45,867 nucleotides of DNA from a virus (lineage: Duplodnaviria; Caudoviricetes). Shown here piece by piece: positions 7,892-16,986 of this stretch. Below the pieces are notes generated by a model. It made no database searches, had not been told where the DNA came from, and saw only the letters and a program-made list of their open reading frames with translations. The translations under genes were made by a program, and so were the position numbers. Within the stretch, counting starts at the first letter, position 1. Each line of letters opens with the position of its first letter. Location: positions 1 to 45,867 of IMG/VR virus record IMGVR_UViG_3300037478_000216. The stretch is one strand, 5' to 3'.

Positions 7892-8115
7892 AGGCCGAAT
7901 GCTCCGAAAGCGTCGCGCAGTAGCTTGTCGTCTCCGGGCTGCGGAAGCAGGGATTTTATATCTGTCAGCTTGTAAATCTCTGACATCTCAGCCTGGGTCA
8001 TTTCTTGAAGGGTCGGCGTTACCGGCCCATCCGCTGCCATTGCGCGATTGTCCACGTTTTCGATGATCTCGCGGATTCGAGCTAGGCGGCCCATCGGTGA
8101 AAGTTTTTTGGTCAC
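7888..8115 (-). CDS. Hypothetical phage protein
   Basis: Coupled ORF containing IIENVDNRAMAADGPVTPTLQEM. Confidence 0.65.
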   Translation of the reverse strand: MTKKLSPMGRLARIREIIENVDNRAMAADGPVTPTLQEMTQAEMSEIYKLTDIKSLLPQPGDDKLLRDAFGAFGL

Positions 8116-8420
8116 TTTACATCTCCCGTGTTTGCAAGTTCGAGCAATTCGCGGAGGAACGCAACGTATGGATAATTGTCCCCATCTTCGAGGTCTTGCT
8201 GGTCGAGATAGGTTTCTATCTTGTCGCTAATGTGAACCATCCGCTCTTTGGTGTGGTAGAGTAGCCGGTCCCACTTCGTTGACTTTTTGTGCATCTTATG
8301 TATTGCCAGGGCAAATAACGCATCCTTATTGCCGAGCCCAATCTGCTGCGCCATCTGGCCACCGTCGCCAAAAATTGAGGCGAGTAGATTTAGGGCGAGC
8401 TCTCTCCACTCGTCTTTCAT
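8112..8420 (-). CDS. Hypothetical protein
   Basis: ATG at 8420 overlaps the upstream stop (ATGA). Confidence 0.6.
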   Translation of the reverse strand: MKDEWRELALNLLASIFGDGGQMAQQIGLGNKDALFALAIHKMHKKSTKWDRLLYHTKERMVHISDKIETYLDQQDLEDGDNYPYVAFLRELLELANTGDVK

Positions 8421-8869
8421 TGTGCGCGACCCCCAAGCCGGGCCTCTATTGCCGCGAGGGCATCCTCGCACATACGGATGGCGTCTTTCTCGTAGAGAAA
8501 GGAGGAGAAGCTACAGAACAGGGGGTCGCTTATTTCTCTGATTTCCTCTGCGATTTGCGTGCACGTCTCATTAAACTCATGCGCGTAAAAGACACCCGTG
8601 GGGTGCTGCCCGTCGAATACCGGCCTGTTTCCCGTTGCGCTAATTACAGCTCCGCCAAGCAGGCAGCACGAGGTGCCGCACGGATGCTCAGAAGAACCAG
8701 ACCAGTATTTCATCCTGAACTTGAGGATTCCGTCGCCGGGAATCTTTGCGGCTCCCGCCTTGTTTTTCAGCGCACGTTTAGCCCACTGTAGAGCATTTTT
8801 CATGTCGCCGAGGGTTACGGTTACGTCTCTATAGCTTCCCAAAACGAACTTGTCGTGTTTGTCGCTCAT
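8417..8869 (-). CDS. Hypothetical protein with CxTxCCxxG motif
   Basis: HPCGTSCCLLGG; the same motif occurs in 13450..13986. Confidence 0.65.
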   Translation of the reverse strand: MSDKHDKFVLGSYRDVTVTLGDMKNALQWAKRALKNKAGAAKIPGDGILKFRMKYWSGSSEHPCGTSCCLLGGAVISATGNRPVFDGQHPTGVFYAHEFNETCTQIAEEIREISDPLFCSFSSFLYEKDAIRMCEDALAAIEARLGGRAQ

Positions 8870-9402
8870 GGTAGTTTTACCTTCACCCTTTTCCCGTCAT
8901 CCCGAATAGACCAAGTAAAGTATTTCTCCGACGCAGACTCCACGAGTCCGGTCGTCTTGTACCCTTCCTGATAGCTGGCGTTGAAACCAGGTCCAGCATT
9001 GGTGACCCTGCTGCCGTCTAGATTGCGAATCAGGTGGCAAAACCCACCGGGGGTCTCATCGCCGCCGACTACATTCGCACAGTAGACTTTCATCGTGCGG
9101 TTCATTGGCCGCGAGCCCCATCGGTGATAGTCCCACTTTTCGCCATGTTTAGAGATGCGGAACGCCTCTACTAAAACCAGCGTGCCATCATCATACACCA
9201 CCTCCTGGACCACATGCGTGTAGTTGCCGGACTTATTTATGAGGGCAACTATAACTCGCTGGACGTCGGAGCCGCGCTCTGTTGCCCAGTGAACATCTCT
9301 AACCATTGCTATGCTGCATTCGTCAGTCCCCGCGTGGCCGGAATAGGGCGCGACACAGCCAGAGCATAGAAGAAAGGCGAGGCTAAGCAGCCTTGCTATC
9401 AT
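8866..9402 (-). CDS. Predicted lipoprotein
   Basis: Signal peptide with lipobox MIARLLSLAFLLCSG-C. Confidence 0.6.
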   Translation of the reverse strand: MIARLLSLAFLLCSGCVAPYSGHAGTDECSIAMVRDVHWATERGSDVQRVIVALINKSGNYTHVVQEVVYDDGTLVLVEAFRISKHGEKWDYHRWGSRPMNRTMKVYCANVVGGDETPGGFCHLIRNLDGSRVTNAGPGFNASYQEGYKTTGLVESASEKYFTWSIRDDGKRVKVKLP

Positions 9403-11455
9403 CGTATCTCTCCACAAGTTTATGAGCAAGCGCGGCCTGAAAGTCGTTCCACGATTCAATGTTGCTTATGCGACCGGCAACGATCTGGTCTATTTGGTGT
9501 AGCTTGCCGAGAGCGCGGCCCTGCGCTATCTGTCGCAGCTTCTGCCTCGTCGAGCCGGAGAGACCAAACTTCTTGTGCTTGGTCAGGGCCTCTAGCTCAT
9601 CTATTGACATAGAGGATACGGGGTCGGCATCTGTTTCCTGATACGAGACCGGGAGACTCTGCAGCATCCTTTGTATGGGGCCAGTGCAGCGCTCGATAAC
9701 CTCCATCTTGGTAATTAGCCGCTCTGCCATCGTCGCGTCGACCGAGCCCTCCACAATGAGGTACTTGATGTCAACCTCTCGTGTTTGAGTCTTGCGGTGG
9801 CAGCGAGCCTCGGCCTGAAGCATATCGCCGGGAACCCAATGCAGCTCGGCAAACACCACTAGGTTGGCAGCCGTTAGCGTGGTTCCAGTTCCGAGGGCGC
9901 CAATCGTGCCAATAATAACTCGGCAGCTTGGATCGTTCTGGAAGCGGTCTATAATTGGCTGTCTCTCGTCCGTGGGAACGTCCGAATGTATCTTGGCGCT
10001 TCCGGGGAACGCAGCCTCTAGAGCGTCGGCGATTTCCTTATGCCAGCAGAAGATCACGCATTTGTCACGCTCAAGAAGCTGGTCCTGCACATACTTGATT
10101 ACGTGCGGTAGCTTGGCGCGGGCCAGGGGGATTCGGGCAATCTTGCGAGCATCCTCGGAGAGGTCTAGCTTGGTCTTCAGCTCCTTCATTGCGCTGCGCC
10201 AGCCAGCCTCATCATCGAACACCGTCGCTGCCGTAACTTTAGCGCGCAGGGTCTGGATGTCGGAGTCGATAAAGCCCAGCTTCGACTTCTCTGCGGCAAC
10301 CAGCCCCTCTAGCTCGTGGGCCTCGAACTCGATTATCTGGCGCTGCTTCTTAGGAACGTCAACGTGTGTAATGGATTTCGGACGGGCGATCATTCCCAAC
10401 AGGCGGAGCCTTGCGTTCAGCTCGACCTCGTTGGAATGACCATCCATTCGCCATCCCCACGTGCCCCGCTTTCCCCCACAATAGCGCATACCAAAGACGT
10501 GGAACGAGGGGAACGAGTCGGGCCATAGGAAGTTGGCGGTGGGCCATATCTCAGCGGGCTTATCATTCACCATCGGGGAGCCGGACATTGCGACCCTGCG
10601 AGGGGCCACCACAGGTGGAACAATTACCTTCCCGTGCTCCCGCTCGCCCAAAATGGCATGGGTTCTGATCGCGGACTTGCCCTTGATCTTGTGGCACTCG
10701 TCAAGAATAATCAAGTCCCATTCGATCTCGTCTATTTGACCCGCGCGCTCTAGAATAAGAGGCCCGTTCTTGTCGTAGTGGTATGGATCGCCCGCGAATC
10801 GTGGGGGCCCAAACAGCCCATCTTTGTCTCTGCGGTGATACCGCCGCATGTCATAGTCGTATGCATACTTTGTGCGGAACCTGTCGGCAATGTCGTAGTT
10901 CAGGATTACAACGTCTGTTCCGGGCCAGAACGAACCAGAGGCGCAGGCGACGGTTGTCTCGCCCTCATTAGCCATCTTGTTCCACTTGCGCCACTCGCGC
11001 CTCCAGTTTGTTTTTATCGTGGCCATGCAATAGATTAGGACACGTCTAAGTCTCAGGTGATTGGCAAAGACGGCACACACGGGCGTTTTCCCGGCACCCA
11101 TTGGGTCGCCTTCGAGCGTAGACGGATGGCGAATCATCCATCTAATCGCAGACCGCTGTGTGTGCATTAGGGAGAGTCCGTCGGGAAGGTCGAAGTTTAG
11201 AGGTGTATCAACCGAGATGCTAGACTCGTCTATTAGGGTCGTCATCGCCTCTGACAGATACTTGTCAACCGGCTTGCCAGCTTCGATTGCATACTTCTCG
11301 CACTCGTGAATAAACGAGACCATGAGCGGATCGTCAACCACCCAGGACTTGTCCTTCTGGAACGATCCACCAAGTGCACGAACCATACGTCGCTTGAAGT
11401 CGTCGAATTGAAATCTAATTGTGGCAGACTTTCGCCCGTCGTATTCAATTCTCAC
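9383..11455 (-). CDS. SNF2-family (SMARCAL1/HARP-like) helicase
   Basis: GDPMGAGKT, DECH, SGSP, GTGTTLTAA, QAEARCHR; short HARP-like N-terminus. Confidence 0.9.
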   Translation of the reverse strand: MRIEYDGRKSATIRFQFDDFKRRMVRALGGSFQKDKSWVVDDPLMVSFIHECEKYAIEAGKPVDKYLSEAMTTLIDESSISVDTPLNFDLPDGLSLMHTQRSAIRWMIRHPSTLEGDPMGAGKTPVCAVFANHLRLRRVLIYCMATIKTNWRREWRKWNKMANEGETTVACASGSFWPGTDVVILNYDIADRFRTKYAYDYDMRRYHRRDKDGLFGPPRFAGDPYHYDKNGPLILERAGQIDEIEWDLIILDECHKIKGKSAIRTHAILGEREHGKVIVPPVVAPRRVAMSGSPMVNDKPAEIWPTANFLWPDSFPSFHVFGMRYCGGKRGTWGWRMDGHSNEVELNARLRLLGMIARPKSITHVDVPKKQRQIIEFEAHELEGLVAAEKSKLGFIDSDIQTLRAKVTAATVFDDEAGWRSAMKELKTKLDLSEDARKIARIPLARAKLPHVIKYVQDQLLERDKCVIFCWHKEIADALEAAFPGSAKIHSDVPTDERQPIIDRFQNDPSCRVIIGTIGALGTGTTLTAANLVVFAELHWVPGDMLQAEARCHRKTQTREVDIKYLIVEGSVDATMAERLITKMEVIERCTGPIQRMLQSLPVSYQETDADPVSSMSIDELEALTKHKKFGLSGSTRQKLRQIAQGRALGKLHQIDQIVAGRISNIESWNDFQAALAHKLVERYDDSKAA

Positions 11456-11456
11456 G

Positions 11457-11648
11457 CTATTCCGCCTCTTCTTTTCTTAGCGCATCCAGCTCAACTTTTC
11501 CGTACTTGCGAAGCAGCGAGCGGAGAAAGATGATCTGGCTGTGAGAGATTATAACAGAGGGGAGCCAGTGGTCTATCGCCTCGGTTAGCTCTTTGTCTAG
11601 CTCGTCAATCTTGATTCGTGAGATGTGGAGCAGTGATTCAATTTCCAT
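11457..11648 (-). CDS. Hypothetical protein
   Basis: Coupled small ORF. Confidence 0.55.
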   Translation of the reverse strand: MEIESLLHISRIKIDELDKELTEAIDHWLPSVIISHSQIIFLRSLLRKYGKVELDALRKEEAE

Positions 11649-11883
11649 ACTTAGCACCCCTTTCCGCGAGGATTTCTTTCACGATGTCGGCAACGGTCTC
11701 GCGCGAGCAGTTGGCCAGCTCGTTAGCATAGTTTACAGGGTTGACGTCGAACCTGACTCCGGCCCTATTCTGCCACAGCCGAGCCAGTGTTTGACTCCTG
11801 CTGCCGAGTCTCCACAGCGGTTTGCGCCTATTTTCGGGCTTTTCCAGTATTGCAATCTCCGCCAACGGCAGGGAAGCTATCAT
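11638..11883 (-). CDS. Hypothetical protein
   Basis: Coupled small ORF. Confidence 0.5.
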   Translation of the reverse strand: MIASLPLAEIAILEKPENRRKPLWRLGSRSQTLARLWQNRAGVRFDVNPVNYANELANCSRETVADIVKEILAERGAKYGN

Positions 11884-12051
11884 CGGTCAGTAGCCCATCT
11901 GCTCTTTGTCTCCGAACGATCCATCGAGGCAAATCTTCACAGCCCTGTCTCCCAGCTTCTTTAGCAGCCTTCTTAGGTCGCGCGACGGAATCTGTCCTAG
12001 ACCCTCGAAAACCCCCCCGAATCTTTCTTTCAACGCTAGCATGTCGTCTCC

Positions 12052-12663
12052 TTATTGAAGTATACCGAAAATGCGAAAGAGCACGTCGATTATCCATGCC
12101 ATTCCGCATATCATTAGAACGTTGCAAACGATAACAGACAGGACCGAGGTCCACCCCGGCTTCTGCTTGAACTTCATGGGAGGAACTGGTCCGGATTCGC
12201 GGTGGGCGGCGAGTAGGCACTTTTTGGCACGACGCAAACCCCAAAGGGTCGCGGCTCGTCGGTGGTGGAGCTCTGCGCCGTCCACCATCAGGCGAACACT
12301 GTAAAGACCTTTGGTTTCGACCTTCCACTCCAGCTTTTCCGGCTTGTGCTCTTGGCCGACGATTGGGTCTGGCGTATCTTGCGTCTTGTCCATGTTTTGA
12401 CCCTTCGACACATTGTACTTGAAAGCGTAAGCGCCGCCCCCAACCAGGCAGCCAGCGTATGGCATCTTGCTAATTACACTATTCGGCCCGCCACACTCTC
12501 GCAGGGCATTCTCCATCTGGCCGACAACGGAGCTGTAGTCTACTCGCTCATCCGATGTAAGAGCAACGGAGAAAAGAACCTCCGCACTAGACATGTCCGA
12601 TCCCCTGTCGGGGTAATGCGGGGTTACCGTGACAGCCCGCTTTATGTCTGTAATCTGAATCAT
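12052..12663 (-). CDS. Hypothetical protein with C-terminal transmembrane helix
   Basis: ATG overlaps the MTase stop; hydrophobic C-terminus VLSVIVCNVLMICGMAWIIDVLF. Confidence 0.55.
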   Translation of the reverse strand: MIQITDIKRAVTVTPHYPDRGSDMSSAEVLFSVALTSDERVDYSSVVGQMENALRECGGPNSVISKMPYAGCLVGGGAYAFKYNVSKGQNMDKTQDTPDPIVGQEHKPEKLEWKVETKGLYSVRLMVDGAELHHRRAATLWGLRRAKKCLLAAHRESGPVPPMKFKQKPGWTSVLSVIVCNVLMICGMAWIIDVLFRIFGILQ

Positions 12664-13475
12664 CCCCAAATCCCTCCCTGGTCGGCAGCAACGCCGATCT
12701 TCTTCCGCGAAGTTTCAAAGTAGTCTGGCATCAGCTCGATGCCAACGAAGTTACGCCCAGATAGCATCGCCGCAACCCCCGTGGCTCCACCTCCCATAAA
12801 TGGGTCTACCACGGTGTCGCCGGGACTGGTGCAGATTTCAATGAATCGCTGCATCATCCAAACGTGCTTGGCGGTGGGATGTAGGCCACCTCCCTCGCCG
12901 TTGCCGTCCTCTGCGGAGACCATCGGTGCCTTGATGACGCGGCTAAACCACTCGGTGGGGAGCCCGCCGTTAGTGGCGGGGTCGTCCCGGAATGTGGCCC
13001 CCTTCTGTCTGGCGTGCACGATATACTCCGCGTTGGGCCACCACGTGTTATTCTTGGCCGGAATGGCGTTATACTTCCACCAAACCAGCTTGGTGCAGTT
13101 CATCTCAAGGTCATCCTCGAAGTGATTTTCCAGATGTCTGGTCTGCTTATTTGAGCAGAAGCAAACGAAGGTCTCGGCACCAAGAGCCAGCCAGAGTCTA
13201 GCAGAATCCTTGATGTCAAATGAGGTTGACAGTCGGGCCAGCTCCGAGCCCTTTATCTTCCGCATTGAGTCGCCGAAACAACCCTGCCCGCCGCCCATCT
13301 TGGGATGCTCGTAGGGCGGGTCGGTGATTACGGCCAGCTTCTTATCCGGCAGGCCAAACTGGTCGGGATAGCTAAAATCGTTCGGCGTGGCAAGCTGCGG
13401 TAAAATCTCCATGCAATCGCCGTGGTACAGTGTTGCCGTGTTGCCGCGCTTAGACTTGATTATTACTGGTTGCAT
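12660..13475 (-). CDS. Orphan DNA N6-adenine/N4-cytosine methyltransferase, beta class
   Basis: LYHGDC, catalytic DPPY preceding the SAM-binding DPFMGGGATG, HPTAK, GIEL. Confidence 0.9.
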   Translation of the reverse strand: MQPVIIKSKRGNTATLYHGDCMEILPQLATPNDFSYPDQFGLPDKKLAVITDPPYEHPKMGGGQGCFGDSMRKIKGSELARLSTSFDIKDSARLWLALGAETFVCFCSNKQTRHLENHFEDDLEMNCTKLVWWKYNAIPAKNNTWWPNAEYIVHARQKGATFRDDPATNGGLPTEWFSRVIKAPMVSAEDGNGEGGGLHPTAKHVWMMQRFIEICTSPGDTVVDPFMGGGATGVAAMLSGRNFVGIELMPDYFETSRKKIGVAADQGGIWG

Positions 13476-13986
13476 CTTGTTCGACCTCTTGTTGTTCTTG
13501 AACGTTTTTGAGCTCGCGAAGCCCGCAGGCAAGGAGCTCTTTGATCTCTCGTGCAGTATCCTCGTCGGAATCCACGCCCTCGTTCCAGTAGTTGTTGATC
13601 ATGGAAGAGGCATCTGTTAGATAGGAGCCGGCGTCTGTGAAATAATGTTCCTCGGCAAGTTCGCCGAGGCGGCGCTGTAGCAGGCTGGCCTCGTTATGAA
13701 TCCAGCCTTCCCGCGACGACGCGGCCTGGGGCACTCTCGGCGCGTTCTTGATAGCCGCGAATCCCGCGATACAGCAGGCGGTGTTGCAGCTTTCGGGAAG
13801 TGGCCGAACGCCGTAGTGCGCCGCAAGCTCGCCGGCCCAAATCTCCTCGATCCAGGTAACGGCATGGCGGTATACAATTTTCTTGCCGCCTTGGTCGAAT
13901 GGAGTTTCCAGCGAAGCCAGCGCCATATCGCAGGCGTCGATGAATAGCTGCACCAGCCGAATGTCCTCGTCTGTTACTTGTGTCAT
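13450..13986 (-). CDS. Hypothetical protein with CxTxCCxxG motif
   Basis: MTQVT start after GAGGAG; SCNTACCIAG. Confidence 0.65.
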   Translation of the reverse strand: MTQVTDEDIRLVQLFIDACDMALASLETPFDQGGKKIVYRHAVTWIEEIWAGELAAHYGVRPLPESCNTACCIAGFAAIKNAPRVPQAASSREGWIHNEASLLQRRLGELAEEHYFTDAGSYLTDASSMINNYWNEGVDSDEDTAREIKELLACGLRELKNVQEQQEVEQDATSNNQV

Positions 13987-13999
13987 GTTATTGCTCCTC

Positions 14000-14225
14000 A
14001 TTTCACGAGCGGTTATACCGCGAATACGGGTTTTCATTTACAGCTCCTCCGGGTAACAGTGGCGAATTACGTCTGCAAGCTGAGGGAAGGTGAATCCGGC
14101 ATCGTTGAGGCTTCGCAGGCACTCCTCCGTCCCGCCCCTGCCTAGCGGAAGCGGGAGCCATTGTACAGCAAACGGCGGTATGCGCATGGGCCAAGACCCG
14201 TTTTCTTCGCTGAGTGGGCTGGTCG
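14000..14225 (-). pseudogene. Remnants of a duplicated gene pair (3' half of the 15416..15754 paralog plus the 5' stub of the 15163..15414 paralog)
   Basis: SPLSEENGSWP..ECLRSLNDAGFTFPQLADVIRHCYPE matches 15416..15754 but is out of frame with the ATG at 14332; MKTRIRGITARE stub. Confidence 0.7.
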
Positions 14226-14328
14226 ATGCCCCGCAGGTGCTCACGGATCGCGTCGTGGACGTTGTACGTGCCGCTGTCGTACTTGCGTTCCAGCGTGTCG
14301 CGGATCGCGCGTAGTCGTTCGTTCGCGT

Positions 14329-15063
14329 TCATTTCACACCCTCAAGATGCGCACGCAGGGAGTCGAGGATTTCCGCGACGCGGGCGGGGTCGGTGATTTC
14401 GTCCTTGCGGAAGGTTCGGATGATTTGTTCGACGCCGTAGGCATCGCGGAACCACCTACCGCTCCCCGATAGGCAGCGCATCATTACAGCGCCGCTGGTA
14501 AGTGTGGCGTACTGAGTCCTGCTGTATTCAAACACCCGCGCGCTTTGCAGCACATCGGGCTTCGGCGCGGCCTTGCGCTTGAGGATTCGGGCCTTGCCGT
14601 TTTCGAATGAAAGACCCGTCAGAGACATATAGGCACCGTGGTCTTCGGTGTGCCAGTTGCTGCAAGCGCCACTAAAGTTGCGGAAACAGTAAACGTCGCT
14701 GTACGTGTGATAGTGTATCCGGTCCCCCACAATCGGCATTGTCCCCACCGGCTCATAAAGATCAGCGGGCGCGGCGCCGACCACCTGAACCGGAGGCTCG
14801 CGATCAACGGGAGCCAACGTGGCCGCTGGTTCCTCGTGCGTCACCGCGCCCTTGAGCGGCTTCAAGCCAAAGTGCCCGATGTATCGGCGCACCGGCTCGT
14901 TGTTGAGATCGGTGATTTCAAATTCTTTGGAGATCGGCAACCCGACCAAGAACCGCTCAAGCGTATTCTGGCAGAAGATTTCCGGGTTCGTCGTTTCAAT
15001 CTTCGTCGCGAACCGCGTAACCCACACGCGGTAATGCGCGTTTTCGTAGCCGATTGTTTGCAT
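14329..15063 (-). CDS. Hypothetical protein
   Basis: ATG at 15063 overlaps the upstream TGA; 244 aa. Confidence 0.6.
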   Translation of the reverse strand: MQTIGYENAHYRVWVTRFATKIETTNPEIFCQNTLERFLVGLPISKEFEITDLNNEPVRRYIGHFGLKPLKGAVTHEEPAATLAPVDREPPVQVVGAAPADLYEPVGTMPIVGDRIHYHTYSDVYCFRNFSGACSNWHTEDHGAYMSLTGLSFENGKARILKRKAAPKPDVLQSARVFEYSRTQYATLTSGAVMMRCLSGSGRWFRDAYGVEQIIRTFRKDEITDPARVAEILDSLRAHLEGVK

Positions 15064-15158
15064 CACACCCTCCCCGAACACCACCCCAAAAAGAAACTCA
15101 GCCCCGCCAGAATAGCTAGTCGCGCGACAGCCCAAGGATCGATTGTTACTTGTGCCAT
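15063..15158 (-). CDS. Small membrane peptide (31 aa)
   Basis: MAQVTIDPWAVARLAILAGLSFFLGWCSGRV after a GAGGAG RBS; below the ORF-track cut-off. Confidence 0.55.
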   Translation of the reverse strand: MAQVTIDPWAVARLAILAGLSFFLGWCSGRV

Positions 15159-15162
15159 GTTA

Positions 15163-15414
15163 TTACTCCTCTTCCTTAGATTCCAGGGTGGCTATCTCAC
15201 GGAACCCCGTAGTGGAAATCTCCAACCCGCCCTCAACACCAAAACTGGTGTTGATTGTGATTGGATTGACCAGCCCCTCCAGTAGCATCGTGCGCATCAG
15301 ATTCTTGCCGTAGTTGTAGAAGTGTTGCAGGCTACGGATAGACCGAGGCGCGATGGCGAGTTGCTTGAGCAGGGAGATTTCACGAGCGGTTATGCCACGA
15401 ACGCGAGTTTTCAT
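15163..15414 (-). CDS. Hypothetical protein, possible winged helix
   Basis: MLLEGLV..LEISTTG wing-like pattern; GGAGG RBS. Confidence 0.6.
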   Translation of the reverse strand: MKTRVRGITAREISLLKQLAIAPRSIRSLQHFYNYGKNLMRTMLLEGLVNPITINTSFGVEGGLEISTTGFREIATLESKEEE

Positions 15415-15415
15415 G

Positions 15416-15754
15416 TTATCTCGCCTCCGGATAGCAATAGCGAATCACATCTGCGAGCTGTGGGAAAGTAAGCCCAGCGTCGTTGAGACTTCGCAGGCAT
15501 TCGCTGTTTCCCTGCCTCGTCAGCGGCAGGTCTTCGAGCCACCCCCAGGCCACGTGTGGAAGCCTCGTTGGCCAGGAGCCGTTCTCTGCGCTAATTGGAC
15601 TGGTCGGCGGCCCGTCCACAAGACAAGCGGCGAGGCCACGCACGCAATAGCTAATCTTGCCATCCTCCATCTTGAAGTATTGGTCTCGACACTGTTGAAA
15701 CTTGCCGCTGTCTAGCGCGTCGGCAAGCATACGAGGTGTAAGTATTCCAGCCAT
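15416..15754 (-). CDS. Hypothetical phage protein
   Basis: ATG at 15754 after GGGAG; LDSGKFQQ..YCVRG..LNDAGLTFPQLADVI. Confidence 0.7.
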   Translation of the reverse strand: MAGILTPRMLADALDSGKFQQCRDQYFKMEDGKISYCVRGLAACLVDGPPTSPISAENGSWPTRLPHVAWGWLEDLPLTRQGNSECLRSLNDAGLTFPQLADVIRYCYPEAR

Positions 15755-15756
15755 AG

Positions 15757-16233
15757 TTACTCTCCCATTAGTGAAATGTTTGCCATCGAATCTGCCACCG
15801 CGTTTAGGTGCCGTGGTATCCACTCAATTTTTGCAGCTTGAAGCTCACAGAGAAGGTCGTAGCAGCGTTCGGCTACCGCTTGGTGAGATTCGGTCTTGAC
15901 TTTCCACCTACCGTTTATCTGCTCAATCACGAGCTTAGAATCGCCCCGGATAAGGGCGCTTTCCGTGTCGCGCTGGACGAGATGCAAGAGCAGGGCCTCT
16001 AGGGCTTTCCACTCAGCAAGATTATTGGTGCCGGGACCGGCGGGAATTGGGACGCGGATTCCGTCCAGAGAGTTATGGTTTTTGTATTTTGGTAGGTAGT
16101 AAATGCCGAGGCCCATCTGTCCGGGGTTCGGCTTGCAGGCCCCGTCAAAGTAGGCGACAACCTCGGAGGTGGACTCGACGAGGTTCCTACCGCGCGTAAG
16201 GCATTCAGCAATCTTGAGCCTTATTCCGGTCAT
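15757..16233 (-). CDS. rnhA: Ribonuclease HI
   Basis: YFDGACKPNPG, TNNLAEW, GDSKLVIEQ, WIPRHLNAVAD: all four acidic catalytic residues present. Confidence 0.92.
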   Translation of the reverse strand: MTGIRLKIAECLTRGRNLVESTSEVVAYFDGACKPNPGQMGLGIYYLPKYKNHNSLDGIRVPIPAGPGTNNLAEWKALEALLLHLVQRDTESALIRGDSKLVIEQINGRWKVKTESHQAVAERCYDLLCELQAAKIEWIPRHLNAVADSMANISLMGE

Positions 16234-16684
16234 TGCTGTTTGATCCTAGATTCCGACCTTAGCTGTAAGCAGTTACGCGATAGCGTAGCAGCAGAAGTTC
16301 CCCGTCACCAGACTAACCATCGGCTTTGGGGTGTGGCGGCTTTACTTCTACCTGCTAGGTGTTGGGTTAGAGCAGCTTACAGTGTGCACTAGAGGTGGAG
16401 TCGGTGCGGACAATCAATCTGTCCCATCCTATCCGCGAGGCCGGTCGCCCTGTACTCGCTGGAATGGCCCGCGCTGGCACCATCCTATCCTCTGCATTCC
16501 CATTGGCGGCGGTTGGCTCGGCGGGTTCCGTGGGTACAGTGCAGTCGCACACCACGTTCTTCCGCGTCATTGCCTCGTCTTCGGCTGGTTAGCAGGCAGT
16601 TGTCAAAGTCACCGTGGCTTTCCGCGTGTTATCGCTGCCGCAGTCCCCCGTCTGGAAGGCCCCGTGTGAGAGAGCCTATCGGAC
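16234..16684 (-). ncRNA. Candidate structured leader / ncRNA
   Basis: About 450 nt between a promoter and rnhA with no convincing CDS; long-range helices 16263-16270/16375-16382 and 16286-16298/16344-16357. Confidence 0.45.
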
Positions 16685-16690
16685 ACTATA

Positions 16691-16719
16691 ATTATACCCT
16701 GTGGGGGACCATATGGCAA
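16691..16719 (-). promoter_or_regulatory. Leftward sigma70 promoter TTGCCA-17-TATAAT
   Basis: Near-consensus; shares GGGTATAATTAYAGTGTYC with the promoter at 5813-5841. Confidence 0.8.
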
Positions 16720-16957
16720 AGTTATTTAGCGATATATTCTAACTCGTCTTTCAACCCGGTGGAACTCGACAGCCGCGCCTTTAGTCACAAAATAAGTGGC
16801 GGAACGTATATAATGTAGCAAGACGCGTGCCAATTCAAAATATCGGCACAACCCCTTGCGCCGTAAAGACTTACAACAGATGGACTTCTGCAATCTTACT
16901 TCTGGACGCGAAAGTAACGATGTTTTACGATGAGTGTAAAAATAGTTTACCTTTTAT

Positions 16958-16986
16958 TTTGCACGTTAGTTCCCACAGGATATACT
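16958..16986 (+). promoter_or_regulatory. Rightward sigma70-type promoter TTTGCA-17-TATACT
   Basis: AT-rich upstream tract; lies just before the first rightward gene. Confidence 0.65.

Noticed and set aside
12660-13475. Restriction-modification system
   Set aside because: No adjacent endonuclease recognised; orphan phage MTases are routine.
16331-16818. Short ORFs in the central region (16331..16669, 16367..16570, 16513..16818)
   Set aside because: No protein motifs and weak RBS; treated as non-coding, although 16367..16570 cannot be excluded.
16844-16859. Sigma54-like CGGCAC-N6-TTGC
   Set aside because: Spacing is one base too long, and sigma54 spacing is strict.
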